From Candidatus Methylomirabilales bacterium (lineage in GTDB: Bacteria > Methylomirabilota > Methylomirabilia > Methylomirabilales > CSP1-5), in NCBI GenBank assembly GCA_041599135.1, contig JBFHXD010000001.1, forward strand, positions 7,473-71,472: 64,000 bases of DNA, read 5' to 3'. Below, in pieces: positions 8,092 to 17,114 of the stretch. Position 1 is the stretch's first letter. Every line of letters begins with the position of its first letter. A program made the translations under genes and the position numbers. The notes beneath the pieces are model-generated. The model was not told where the DNA came from. It was given only the letters and a program-made list of their open reading frames with translations, and did not search any database.

Positions 8092-9246
8092 TCATTGGTG
8101 CGCCAGAGGGAGGAGGACGGTCACTACACATCCTCCTTCCTCCGCATCGGTAATCTCGATGCTTCCCCGGTGATCCCCCATGATCCGATGACAGAGGGCC
8201 AGGCCGAGACCCGTCCCCTTCGGCTTGGTTGTAAAGAAGGGATCAAAGAGATGTTGCCGGGCCTCAGGCGAGAGACCGGGACCCTGGTCGATTATCCTCA
8301 CCACCGCCACGGATAGCCCAAAGCACCGAGGAGAGCGGCGTTCGTAGCCGGTCTCGAGGGTGAGCCCGCCCCCCTTCTCCATTGCCTCAGCCCCGTTCCG
8401 AATGAGATTGAGAAAAACCTGCCGGATTTGATCGGGATCGGCAGCGAGAGGGGGAACTTGGGGATCATAGACACGGCGAACCGTGATGCCTTGCCGCATG
8501 AGCACCGGTTCCTCGAGAGCCAGGATTTCTTCCATGATCTGGTTGACATTGCACTCCACTACCCGGGGAGGACTGGGTTGGGCAAGAGCAAGCATCCCCT
8601 CCACGAGCGAATTCAACCGATCGACCTCACGGATGATAATGTCGGTATATTCCTTCAAGGCAAGAGGGAACGAGGATTCCGCCTCAATGAGCTGTGCAGC
8701 CCCCCGGACCCCCATCAGCGGATTGCGGATCTCATGGGCGATGCCCGTCACCAGTGTTCCCAGGGCCGTGAGACGGTCTGCCCGGCGAATCTGCTCTTCC
8801 AGTTCTCGAATCCGGGTAAGGTCCCGCAGGAGGAGAACCACGCCTCGGGGCTCTCCGCTCTGGTCAGCCAAGAGGGAGGCGATGGCGCTCACCGAGACCT
8901 TGCCCAGGGGTGTGTGCACGCTGGCCTCGTGCTCTGCATGAGCCCGCCCGGTCTCAAAGGCGCGATCGGCGAGGGCGATGAGGGGAGAGGAATCCCCCAA
9001 GACGCTCGTGAGAGGCTTGCCGTGGGCCTTCGTGGCCGAGATCCCCAGGAGCTCCTCCGCCGCCGGGTTGAGAGATGTGACCCTCAGCTCGCGGTCGACG
9101 ACGACCAGCCCATCCTGCAGGCTCCCCAGGAGGTCCTCGTAGTAGGCCTGCATAGTGGTGAAGGCCTGCTGGAGTCTTTCGATCATCTTGTGTTCATGCA
9201 CCGGCCGTTTCCTCTTGCCTTTTTCGAACCGCCTCGAGGCCATCAT
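8092..9246 (-). CDS. PAS-domain sensor histidine kinase (NtrB-like)
   Basis: PAS region (DGLVVVDRELRVTSLNPAAEELLG), H-box HEIRNPL, N-box NLIRNGAEAM, G-boxes DQGPGL and GTGLGL. Lies directly upstream of the NtrC-like gene. Confidence 0.9.
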   Translation of the reverse strand: MMASRRFEKGKRKRPVHEHKMIERLQQAFTTMQAYYEDLLGSLQDGLVVVDRELRVTSLNPAAEELLGISATKAHGKPLTSVLGDSSPLIALADRAFETGRAHAEHEASVHTPLGKVSVSAIASLLADQSGEPRGVVLLLRDLTRIRELEEQIRRADRLTALGTLVTGIAHEIRNPLMGVRGAAQLIEAESSFPLALKEYTDIIIREVDRLNSLVEGMLALAQPSPPRVVECNVNQIMEEILALEEPVLMRQGITVRRVYDPQVPPLAADPDQIRQVFLNLIRNGAEAMEKGGGLTLETGYERRSPRCFGLSVAVVRIIDQGPGLSPEARQHLFDPFFTTKPKGTGLGLALCHRIMGDHRGSIEITDAEEGGCVVTVLLPLAHQ

Positions 9247-9293
9247 ACCCTAACCTGTTGCGCCCATACAAGCAACCTGCCCTCGCTGGTATC

Positions 9294-9322
9294 TTGACAG
9301 TCCCGGGGGCTCATGATACAAA
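9294..9322 (+). promoter_or_regulatory. Possible sigma-70 promoter for the acetyl-CoA synthetase genes
   Basis: TTGACA (9294-9299), 17-nt spacer ending in TGa, and -10 TACAAA (9317-9322), about 90 nt upstream of ATG 9412. Confidence 0.3.
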
Positions 9323-9411
9323 GACGAGGCTCCTCGCCCTCACCCGCGAGGTTTGCGCGCTGCTTCTCACGGAACGACGTTCCGCCCCCAGACCGCTAAT
9401 GACGAGGTCAT

Positions 9412-10746
9412 ATGCCTCCCCCTACTCCTTCCTTTAAATCGAAGGAGGCCCTTCAGGCACTCTTCTGCCCGAGTAGCGTCGCCGTGATCGGGGCCTCCAC
9501 GGCACCGGAGAAACTCGGATATCAGATTTTCAAGAATCTCCTGGACGCAGGCTTCCCCGGCAAGGTCCATCCGATAAATCCCAAGGCACCCGAGATCCTC
9601 GGATGCCCGTGTTTTTCGAACATAGACGCTGTTCCCGATCAGGTCGACCTGGCCGTCATCATCATTCCTGCAGCGCTCGTCGCCGACACCATTCGGCGGT
9701 GCGGCAGCCGGGGGGTGAAGGGAGCGATCGTGATCAGTGGCGGCTTTAGCGAGACCGGACCCGAGGGAGAAGTGCTGCAAGAGCAAATGGTCCAGGCAGC
9801 CCAGGAGGTCAAGGTGGCGGTCATCGGACCCAACTGCCAGGGGATCAATAACCCCCACCACCCCCTCTGCGCCTCTTGGCCCCTCCTCACGCGGCGAGGC
9901 CGGGTGGCAATCATCTCCCAAAGCGGGACTGTCGGCGCAGCCCTCATGGACTGGGCTTCCCAGGAAGAGCTGGGAGTTTCTACCTTTGTGAGCCTAGGAA
10001 ACAGGGCCGATGTGGACGAGGCCGATCTCATTCACTACTTCGCTCAAGATCCCAATACCGATACGATCGCGATCTACATGGAGGGGGTGAAGATCGCTCC
10101 CAAGTTCCTCGCAGCCGTCAGGCAATGTCAAAAACCGCTGGTGATTTTGAAGGCGGGACGGACACCCAAGGGACGCAAGGCCGCCGAATCTCATACGCGG
10201 TCGCTGGCTGGACGGGACGAGGTGTACGAGGGGGTCTTCCGTCAGTTCAGGATTTACCGCGCGAACGACTTGGAGCAGTTGTACGATTTCAGCAAGGCGC
10301 TCTCCTATCTCCCCCGTCTCAAGGGCCCACGGCTTCTGATTGTGACGAGTTCAGGTGGCTCTGCCATCCTCGCCACCGATGTGGCAGAGATGACCGGGCT
10401 CGACGTCGCGCCCCTTCCGGATGCGGTGGGCGAAAAACTCCGTGAGGTCCTCCCAAAGCACTGTATTGTCGGCAACCCCTTGGATCTCACTGGGGATGCT
10501 ACGGCACAGATGTACCGACAGGTGGTGGAAGCGGCCGCCGCGCAGTACGATGCGATCGCCCTGATCTTTGGGGATCCGATTCCTGGAGCGTCAGAGGTGG
10601 TCGGTAGGGATCCTCTTCAACTCGTGATTTATCTGGGGGGGGCTGAGGTGGAGCGACAGGAGCGACTCCTCTTTCACCGAAAAGGGATCCCGGTGTTCCC
10701 CACGCCTGAACGTGGAATTCAGGCCCTGAGTCAACTGCTCCGATAG
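9412..10746 (+). CDS. ADP-forming acetyl-CoA synthetase / acetate--CoA ligase, alpha (CoA-binding + ligase-CoA) subunit
   Basis: N-terminal CoA-binding fold (VAVIGASTAPEKLGYQIFKNL) and succinyl-CoA-synthetase-like flavodoxin domains (ISQSGTVGAALMDW, LKAGRT). Followed by the ATP-grasp partner. Confidence 0.8.
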   Translation: MPPPTPSFKSKEALQALFCPSSVAVIGASTAPEKLGYQIFKNLLDAGFPGKVHPINPKAPEILGCPCFSNIDAVPDQVDLAVIIIPAALVADTIRRCGSRGVKGAIVISGGFSETGPEGEVLQEQMVQAAQEVKVAVIGPNCQGINNPHHPLCASWPLLTRRGRVAIISQSGTVGAALMDWASQEELGVSTFVSLGNRADVDEADLIHYFAQDPNTDTIAIYMEGVKIAPKFLAAVRQCQKPLVILKAGRTPKGRKAAESHTRSLAGRDEVYEGVFRQFRIYRANDLEQLYDFSKALSYLPRLKGPRLLIVTSSGGSAILATDVAEMTGLDVAPLPDAVGEKLREVLPKHCIVGNPLDLTGDATAQMYRQVVEAAAAQYDAIALIFGDPIPGASEVVGRDPLQLVIYLGGAEVERQERLLFHRKGIPVFPTPERGIQALSQLLR

Positions 10747-10755
10747 CAATCCATC

Positions 10756-11451
10756 ATGACACTGGCCTTGGGCAGAGCCATCCAGGAAGGGCGAAATCTT
10801 CTCGAGCCGGAGGCCTACGAACTTCTCGCCGCCTACGGCGTATCGGTCCCTCCTCACCGGTCTGTCAGCTCGGCCGACGAGGCTGAAAAATCAGCCACCG
10901 AGATCGGTTACCCGGTGGTCGCCAAGATTGTCTCCCCGGATATCCTCCACAAGACCGAGGCGGGGGGGGTCCTCCTGAATCTTCATGATGCAGCCGCCGT
11001 CAGGGCGGCCTACGCGCAGATCACCGATCACGCACGGCAGGGGAAGGCGGCGGTTTGGGGTGTTCTTATCAGCCGAATGGCCTCTCCGGGGACCGAGGTG
11101 ATCGTTGGTATCACCCAGGACCTCCAATTCGGACCGGTCGTGATGTTTGGCCTGGGAGGCATCTTTGTTGAGGTCTATCAGGATGTCAGCTTCCGGCTCA
11201 TCCCTCTCGCCGAGCGGGATGCAGCCGCCATGGTCCAAGAGATCAAAGCCGTTCCTCTACTCCACGGCGCGCGGGGAAGAAAACCCGCAGACCTGGGGGC
11301 TATCACCGACCTCCTCCTGAAAGTATCACAGATCGCCCAGGAGAACCCGGAGATCGCCGAGATGGATCTGAATCCGGTCCTGGTCTACGAAAAGGGTCTC
11401 ACCGTCGTGGATGCCCGGGTTCTCCTCCACCAAAGAGCGCCCACCACCTAA
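10756..11451 (+). CDS. ADP-forming acetyl-CoA synthetase beta (ATP-grasp) subunit
   Basis: LLEPEAYELLAAYGVSVP...GYPVVAKIVSPDILHKTEAGGVLLNL is typical of the ATP-grasp_5 domain of ACD enzymes. 9-nt gap after the alpha gene. Confidence 0.8.
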   Translation: MTLALGRAIQEGRNLLEPEAYELLAAYGVSVPPHRSVSSADEAEKSATEIGYPVVAKIVSPDILHKTEAGGVLLNLHDAAAVRAAYAQITDHARQGKAAVWGVLISRMASPGTEVIVGITQDLQFGPVVMFGLGGIFVEVYQDVSFRLIPLAERDAAAMVQEIKAVPLLHGARGRKPADLGAITDLLLKVSQIAQENPEIAEMDLNPVLVYEKGLTVVDARVLLHQRAPTT

Positions 11452-11462
11452 CCCGACACCGA

Positions 11463-11795
11463 TCACTCACCCACGCCGGGCCTCACCATTGAGGTAATGA
11501 CCTCTTTTAAGATTCCGGCTCGTTCCTTGAACTCTTTGAGGCGATTGATCTGGGTCACGAGGGCTCGTTCCGCCTCCACCGCTGCGCCGAGAAGGTCGCC
11601 GTATTTTTGCAGCGTATCCCGGTACACCTCTTCCTGAACTGTCCGGATTCGCCCTTTCAGCTCCTCGACGTTTTGATGCCGGCCGGTTGCCATCACTTCC
11701 TCGCTGACGGTTCGCATCTCCTTTGAAAAATAATCCACAAGAGCCGAGAGTTCAGTCCCCAACGTTTCTACCTTGTGCAATTCAGCCTCTACCAT
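11463..11795 (-). CDS. Hypothetical coiled-coil protein
   Basis: 110-aa ORF, entirely helical and charged in character. No recognisable motif. Convergent with the acd genes. Confidence 0.45.
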   Translation of the reverse strand: MVEAELHKVETLGTELSALVDYFSKEMRTVSEEVMATGRHQNVEELKGRIRTVQEEVYRDTLQKYGDLLGAAVEAERALVTQINRLKEFKERAGILKEVITSMVRPGVGE

Positions 11796-12015
11796 CGCCC
11801 CCCTCCTTGCTCGATTTTTCCTCTTGCCTCATCAGCCTCATAGAAACCGGGCAACCCTGGGAGGATACAGCTCCCCTTCGACACTTTTGGAGAAAATGAC
11901 GCAGACGGTACGCCTGGGTCCTTGGGTCTCAGAGATATCGGGAGCACATATGCGATGAAGGCCCGGCAGGAACAGCCGGGCAAGAACCGCTAGGAGATAA
12001 GAACAAATAGTGCAG

Positions 12016-12458
12016 GCCGGAGTGGGCCTATAAGCCGGGTTCTGTATTCGCCCACAGGCGAACGGTGGTCATCCCTCTGGGTTCCGCATTGCTACGGAGC
12101 TCTAGCGGCCTACCCATTCCGCCTGCCTTTCGGCCATGAGAGCGGGCCACTCTCTTCCTCGTCCTCGCTCGATGAGGAACAACCAGGAAGCGGAACCTAT
12201 TTGGCCTTGCTCCGGGTGGGGTTTGCCAAGCCAGCCCGTCACCGGACTGCTGGTGCGCTCTTACCGCACCTTTTCACCCTTACCCCGCGGGCAGCTCCCT
12301 GCAAGAAAAAGGGCTAGAGCTGCTGGCGGGGCGGTATGTTTTCTGTGGCACTTTCCCTGGGGTCACCCCCGGTGGGTGTTACCCACCACCCTGCCCTGTG
12401 GAGCCCGGACTTTCCTCCCCGATCAACGATCGGAGCGACCACCCGGCCTACTCCAGCC
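12016..12458 (-). ncRNA. rnpB: RNase P RNA, bacterial type A
   Basis: The reverse complement contains GAGGAAAGTCCGGGCTCCACAGGGCAGGGTGGTGGGTAACACCCACC...GGGAAAGTGCCACAGAAAACATACCGCC and a 3' ACAGAACCCGGCTTATAGGCC. The P1 stem GGAGTAGGCC/GGCCCACTCC closes the molecule. Ends are accurate to +/-5 nt. Confidence 0.92.
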
Positions 12459-12464
12459 AGTTGA

Positions 12465-12493
12465 AATATAGCTATTTCAAGACGACATGGCAA
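12465..12493 (-). promoter_or_regulatory. Sigma-70 promoter of rnpB
   Basis: Minus strand: TTGCCA (12493-12488), 17-nt spacer, TATATT (12470-12465). The predicted start lies about 7 nt downstream, at the P1 stem. Confidence 0.6.
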
Positions 12494-12763
12494 GAAGAGA
12501 ATCATTCCGCTCACCCAGCGGCATTCTCCGCGGTGGGCGCAGTGCAGTGGTGATCGAGCTGTCCGCTTTTCGGCAGCCGCTTCGAAATCGTCACCGGAAG
12601 TGCGGAGACGCTCTTTGGGATGTCTTAAATTTCCGCAACTTCCGACATCAGAGTTTGGTACAGAGGTTGCGACGGTGGGCGTGGACCTCATTCGGATTTC
12701 ATTATGTAAACCGCATGAGGCGTGCATAGCACGGTTCAATGGTGACGTTTTCTGGAGGAGCCC

Positions 12764-13855
12764 ATGGATCTCAGACACACTACGATCATGATCCACTCGG
12801 GCCGGGCCTCTCGCATCCGGCTACTTCAGCTGTCCCATCAAAAAATCCAAGTCGCCCTCTTCCTCGGCATCATCGCCGCATTTGCTCTCGCCTTTCTCCT
12901 GTTCCACAATGTCACCCTCAATCTCAAGCAGAGCGAACTCCGACGCCTGCAGCACACCGTCCAGTCGCAGGACAGCCTGTTGGAGGCAACGCTACAGCGA
13001 TTCGCACGAGAGCTGGGGCGTATGAAAGCCCTGGACAAGGGGGTCCGCCGCTGGGCCGGGATAGAGCCTGGCCAGAGCGAGACGACCGGCACCGCAGTAG
13101 GCGGAGGGACCTTGGACCTGCAGCAGGTCTTAACAGAGGGGACGGTCCGGGCCAGCAAGGTCACTATTCCAGAAGGTTCCACGCTCCGGCAGATTGCCGA
13201 ACTCCTCGCGGTGGAAGGACTCGTGAACGTGAACCGGTTCTTCGAGTTGGCCACGGATCCGTCCGTAGCCAGTTCGTACGTCCCGGAGGCAGAGACACTC
13301 GAGGGATTCCTCTTCCCCGACACCTACCACTTCGTTCAGGGACAGGGAGAGGAGACCATCATTGAGGCCATGGTCCACCGGTTCTACCAGGGTTTCCCCA
13401 TCGAGGATGAACTCCGGGCGGGCCAGCGTGGAACGAGTCTGTATGAGATCGTGACGCTCGCCTCCATCGTTGAAAAAGAGGCGGTGGCCGATCGGGAGAA
13501 GCCGATCATCGCAGGGGTCTTTTACAACCGTCTGCACAAGGGCATGCGCCTGCAGGCCGATCCGACCGTTCTCTATGGAAGAAATCGCCGGGGCCGTATT
13601 CGTACGCGGGACTTACGCGCAAAACACCCGTATAACACGTATATCCACCATGGTCTCCCCCCCGGACCCATCGCCAGTCCGGGCGCCGCTGCGCTAAAGG
13701 CCGTCCTCGAACCCGCCCACGTTGACTATCTCTACTTCGTCTCCAAGAACAACGGGACACATCATTTCTCCAAGACGCTGAAGGAACACAATCGGGCCGT
13801 TCGGAAATACCAGTTGAGCGGACGACGGTTCCGTCGGGGACGGAGAGCCAGTTAA
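12764..13855 (+). CDS. mltG: Endolytic murein transglycosylase MltG (YceG family)
   Basis: N-terminal TM anchor and the YceG signature block (VFYNRLHKGMRLQADPTVLYG...YNTYIHHGLPPGPIASPG...YLYFVSKNNGTHHFSKTLKEHN). GGAGGAG RBS. Confidence 0.9.
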   Translation: MDLRHTTIMIHSGRASRIRLLQLSHQKIQVALFLGIIAAFALAFLLFHNVTLNLKQSELRRLQHTVQSQDSLLEATLQRFARELGRMKALDKGVRRWAGIEPGQSETTGTAVGGGTLDLQQVLTEGTVRASKVTIPEGSTLRQIAELLAVEGLVNVNRFFELATDPSVASSYVPEAETLEGFLFPDTYHFVQGQGEETIIEAMVHRFYQGFPIEDELRAGQRGTSLYEIVTLASIVEKEAVADREKPIIAGVFYNRLHKGMRLQADPTVLYGRNRRGRIRTRDLRAKHPYNTYIHHGLPPGPIASPGAAALKAVLEPAHVDYLYFVSKNNGTHHFSKTLKEHNRAVRKYQLSGRRFRRGRRAS

Positions 13856-14026
13856 CCCCGACCCGAAATTCTATTGCCCGGGAACCTCCACAAAGGCTGC
13901 CATATCTTGAAGTGCCACGGTGCCCTGCGAGCTTATTTCGGATCGGGGTTAATGCGCTCACCCCAAACCTGGACTTGGACGGGAGTCTTCATTAAAGTAG
14001 CAAAGTGAGCGGAAAGGGGGACCCGG

Positions 14027-14299
14027 ATGAAATGGGTGGTAGTGGCAGTCATCGTGGCGTTTTTGCTCCTGGTCCTCTTCCGTTCCTTGCGGGCCCTGAC
14101 CCTGGGACAGGCCACGATCCATATTGCCCACATGCAGACCAACGAAGACGCCCGACAGGTTGACAACGTCCTCAAGGGGCTTCGCGGAGTGGTCGAGGCC
14201 AGGGTCGATCTTGAAGGGCAACGCGTACGGATCACGTACCGAAAAGGGAAAATCGCCGTTGAGGATGTGATGCGGGCACTGCATGGCGCCGGCTACTGA
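14027..14299 (+). CDS. Membrane-anchored HMA-fold-like protein lacking the metal-binding CxxC
   Basis: TM helix (WVVVAVIVAFLLLVLF), then a ferredoxin-like HMA pattern (IHIAHMQTNEDARQVDNVLKGLRGVVEARVDLEGQRVRITY...VMRALHGAGY) with HMQTNED where GMTCxxC is expected. Confidence 0.5.
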   Translation: MKWVVVAVIVAFLLLVLFRSLRALTLGQATIHIAHMQTNEDARQVDNVLKGLRGVVEARVDLEGQRVRITYRKGKIAVEDVMRALHGAGY

Positions 14300-14400
14300 T
14301 CGCAATGGTCATTCCACGGCCTGCCTCGGACGACGGCCGAGTTGAAAGTGTAGTCAATACTTGGTACAGTAGCGCCACCCCGAACAAGGGGAGCTATCGC

Positions 14401-14610
14401 ATGAAGGTCATCATCCGCCGTCCCCGCCGAGAAGTGGAGATGTCGGGGAGCCGTCGGGTCCGGGACCTGCTGCAGGAGCTGCAGATCAACCCGGAGACGG
14501 TTCTCGTCGTCCGGGGAGAGGACCTGCTAACCCCGGATGAGGTCATCAAGGATGAGGAGACCGTCGAGGTGGTCCCGGCCATCTCGGGAGGGTCGACCCA
14601 TGAAGTGTAA
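14401..14610 (+). CDS. ThiS/MoaD/TtuB-like ubiquitin-fold sulfur-carrier protein with a C-terminal extension after GG
   Basis: ATG 14401 is preceded by AAGGGGA. The 69-aa beta-grasp-like sequence ends ...VEVVPAISGG-STHEV. It overlaps the TtuA-like start by 11 nt. Confidence 0.6.
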   Translation: MKVIIRRPRREVEMSGSRRVRDLLQELQINPETVLVVRGEDLLTPDEVIKDEETVEVVPAISGGSTHEV

Positions 14611-15520
14611 AGTGTGCAGCGAAAAAGCGGTCATCGATATCAGGCGTCATAACGCCGCCTTTTGTAAAGGCTGCTTTATCACGCACTTCGAGCGCCAAGT
14701 CCAAAAGACCATCGAAAGTGAGAAGATGCTTTCCAAAGAGGACCGGGTCCTGGTGGCGGTCTCTGGGGGCAAGGACAGCCTGACGCTGTGGGAGGTCCTC
14801 CAGCGGATGGGCTACCAGACGACGGGTTACCATATCGTCCTCGGGATCGGGGACTACTCCCCCGCCGCACGGGACAAGGTCGAGGCCTATGCGAAGCAGC
14901 ATGGGCTCCCCCTCATTGTTACCGATCTCAAAGCAGAGTACGACTTCACGGTCCCGGAATTGGCTCTTCATACGCCTCGCGTCCCCTGCTCGGCCTGTGG
15001 CCTCAGCAAACGCTACCTGATGAACTGGACCGCCCTCGAGAAGGGCTTTAGCGTCTTGGTGACCGGACACAACCTGGATGACGTCGCCTCCATGCTTCTC
15101 GGCAACCTGTTCCATTGGCACAATGAACAGCTGGCCAGGATGGAACCGTCTCGAGGAGCCACCCACCCAAGATTGGTAAAGACATGCAAGCCCTTGGTGC
15201 GCCTCACCGAGCGGGAAATCCTTGCCTACACCATGCTCCGAGGGATCGACTATCACGAAGAGGAGTGCCCCAATGCCGAGGGGGCAACCTCACTGTTGTA
15301 CAAGGACTTGTTGAACCAGCTCGAGCATGCCTCGCCGGGAGCCAAGCAGAGCTTCTACTTCGGCTTCTTAAAGAAGGGCCGCCCGGTCTTTGCCACTGAC
15401 GTCAACGGCGGAGACCTGAGGGAGTGTGAGGTCTGCGGCCAGACCACGACCACCGAGGTGTGCGCCTTTTGCCGGATGATGGACCAGGCCCGTCGAACAG
15501 CAGCGCGGCGGAGTTCCTAA
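14600..15520 (+). CDS. ttuA: TtuA/Ncs6-family tRNA 2-thiolation ATP-pyrophosphatase (PP-loop)
   Basis: In-frame ATG 14600 (MKCKVCSEKA). N- and C-terminal zinc-finger Cys pairs (CKVC...CKGC; CEVC...CAFC). PP-loop SGGKDS. Central Cys triad region (PCSACGLSKR). Confidence 0.8.
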   Translation: MKCKVCSEKAVIDIRRHNAAFCKGCFITHFERQVQKTIESEKMLSKEDRVLVAVSGGKDSLTLWEVLQRMGYQTTGYHIVLGIGDYSPAARDKVEAYAKQHGLPLIVTDLKAEYDFTVPELALHTPRVPCSACGLSKRYLMNWTALEKGFSVLVTGHNLDDVASMLLGNLFHWHNEQLARMEPSRGATHPRLVKTCKPLVRLTEREILAYTMLRGIDYHEEECPNAEGATSLLYKDLLNQLEHASPGAKQSFYFGFLKKGRPVFATDVNGGDLRECEVCGQTTTTEVCAFCRMMDQARRTAARRSS

Positions 15521-15796
15521 CCCCACTCGTGTCACCATTGAATTTCCCTTACCGCCCACCTTTTGCCCTTTCCGCATGAACGGCTCAGCCTTTGGCCGCT
15601 TTTCGCAGTCGGGACGTTGCATTTTTACGCTGCAGGAACATACACTTTCCTCGACATGTTCGCAGACACCAGAAATAACTCTTGGATGCGTTTCCGGATT
15701 TTCCGGATCCCGGAAAACTGTGCTACCGTGTATGATGGTCAAGGAATGAAAGCGGCAGCGGGCCATCAGGAGAGCTGGAGCAGAGGAGGATAAGGG

Positions 15797-17074
15797 ATGC
15801 TACCGAAGGTGGCCATTGGGCGACACTGTTGTGCGCAGTCGACCAACCTCGAGAACTATAGACCGCTGGTCGGAGATGCCTTGATCGACGAGGTCAAGGG
15901 ACTCGCCGCTGAACTAAAGGGTGTCCGCATCTGCCACATCAACAGCACCGTGGCAGGCGGGGGTGTCGCGGAACTCCTCGGACGCCACATCCCCCTCCTG
16001 CAAGCGCTGGGCATCTCGGCCGACTGGCGATTGATCCACGGCGCACCTGCTTTCTTTCAAGTCACCAAAGGATTTCACAATGCCCTGCAGGGCGGAGCGT
16101 TTTCCCTCACCCAAGCGGTGCAAGCCACATATCTCGATCATAATCAGGAAAGTGCCGATCTCTTGGAAACGGACTACGATATCTACATCGTCCACGACCC
16201 ACAGCCTGCAGCCATCCGCCACTTTGTCCAGGACCCCAAAGCCGTGTGGATCTGGCGCTGTCACATTGATAGCTCAGAACCCAACACACAGGTTTGGGCC
16301 TTCCTTCGCCCCTTCATCCAGGAGTACGATGCGGTGGTCTTCACCATGGCAGAGTTCCTCCCGCCGGATCTCCGGGTTGCCCGCGTCGCTTTCATCGCTC
16401 CGGTCATTGATCCCCTGAGCACGAAAAACATGGATCTGCCCCAGGAGATCTGTCAGCGAGCCCTGGCCGATTCCGGCCTCGACCTGCACCGCCCCATTCT
16501 CCTTCAAGTCTCCCGATTCGACCCCTGGAAGGACCCCCTGGGGGTGATCCGGGTCTATCATCTCGTCAAGGAGGTGAGGCCAGAAGTCCAGTTAGCCCTT
16601 ATTGGATCCATGGCAGGCGATGATCCGGAGGGGTGGGCACTCCTTGAAATGGTGAACGAGAAGGCGGTCAAGGATCCCGATCTGTATATCTTTACGAATC
16701 TCACGGGCGTGGGCAATATGGAGGTCAACGCCTTCCAGCGGGGCGCTGACCTGGTGATCCAGAAATCATTGAAAGAGGGCTTTGGCCTGGTGGTGTCAGA
16801 AGCGTTCTGGAAGGGAAAGGCCGTCGTGGCAGGCAGGGCGGGAGGGATCCCCATGCAGTTTCCGCCGGAGTTTCGAGACTACCTCGTCGAGAGCGTGGAA
16901 GAGTGCGCCGAGAAGGTCTTGAACCTCATCACCAACCCCGGAGTCCGGGCCGCTTTTGGCCGGGCCGGGCGAGAGCGGGTCCGGCAGGAGTTCCTCCTCC
17001 CACGACTTGTCCGGGATGAGCTGGCTTTGATTCGGGACGCGCTGAATGCCGATCTAACGGCCGGGAGCGACTGA
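15797..17074 (+). CDS. treT: GT4 glycosyltransferase, TreT-like trehalose synthase
   Basis: The N-terminus closely follows the archaeal/bacterial TreT pattern (HINSTVAGGGVAELL...LGISADWRLI...FFQVTKGFHNALQG). C-terminal GT-B EX7E region (QKSLKEGFGLVVSEAFWKG). Confidence 0.7.
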   Translation: MLPKVAIGRHCCAQSTNLENYRPLVGDALIDEVKGLAAELKGVRICHINSTVAGGGVAELLGRHIPLLQALGISADWRLIHGAPAFFQVTKGFHNALQGGAFSLTQAVQATYLDHNQESADLLETDYDIYIVHDPQPAAIRHFVQDPKAVWIWRCHIDSSEPNTQVWAFLRPFIQEYDAVVFTMAEFLPPDLRVARVAFIAPVIDPLSTKNMDLPQEICQRALADSGLDLHRPILLQVSRFDPWKDPLGVIRVYHLVKEVRPEVQLALIGSMAGDDPEGWALLEMVNEKAVKDPDLYIFTNLTGVGNMEVNAFQRGADLVIQKSLKEGFGLVVSEAFWKGKAVVAGRAGGIPMQFPPEFRDYLVESVEECAEKVLNLITNPGVRAAFGRAGRERVRQEFLLPRLVRDELALIRDALNADLTAGSD

Positions 17075-17114
17075 GGGTGAGAAAAGGGACCAGGAAACGG
17101 CCGCCGCCACAGGC

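Noticed and set aside
11960-11982. Hairpin GCCCGGC-aggaaca-GCCGGGC downstream of rnpB
   Set aside because: It could be the rnpB terminator, but on the minus strand it has only a 7-bp stem and no following U-tract. The evidence is insufficient to call it.
12136-12471. 111-aa + ORF (and the 160-aa minus-strand ORF at 12314..12796)
   Set aside because: The region is occupied by RNase P RNA on the minus strand, with its conserved P4 and GGAAAGTCCGGGC core. The ORFs are coincidental.
12656-12671. Sigma-54-like TGGTACAGAGGTTGCG, 93 nt upstream of mltG
   Set aside because: The spacing is correct, but the -24 box is TGGTAC, and a housekeeping murein transglycosylase is an unlikely RpoN target. I kept it only as a weak candidate and did not report it as a feature.
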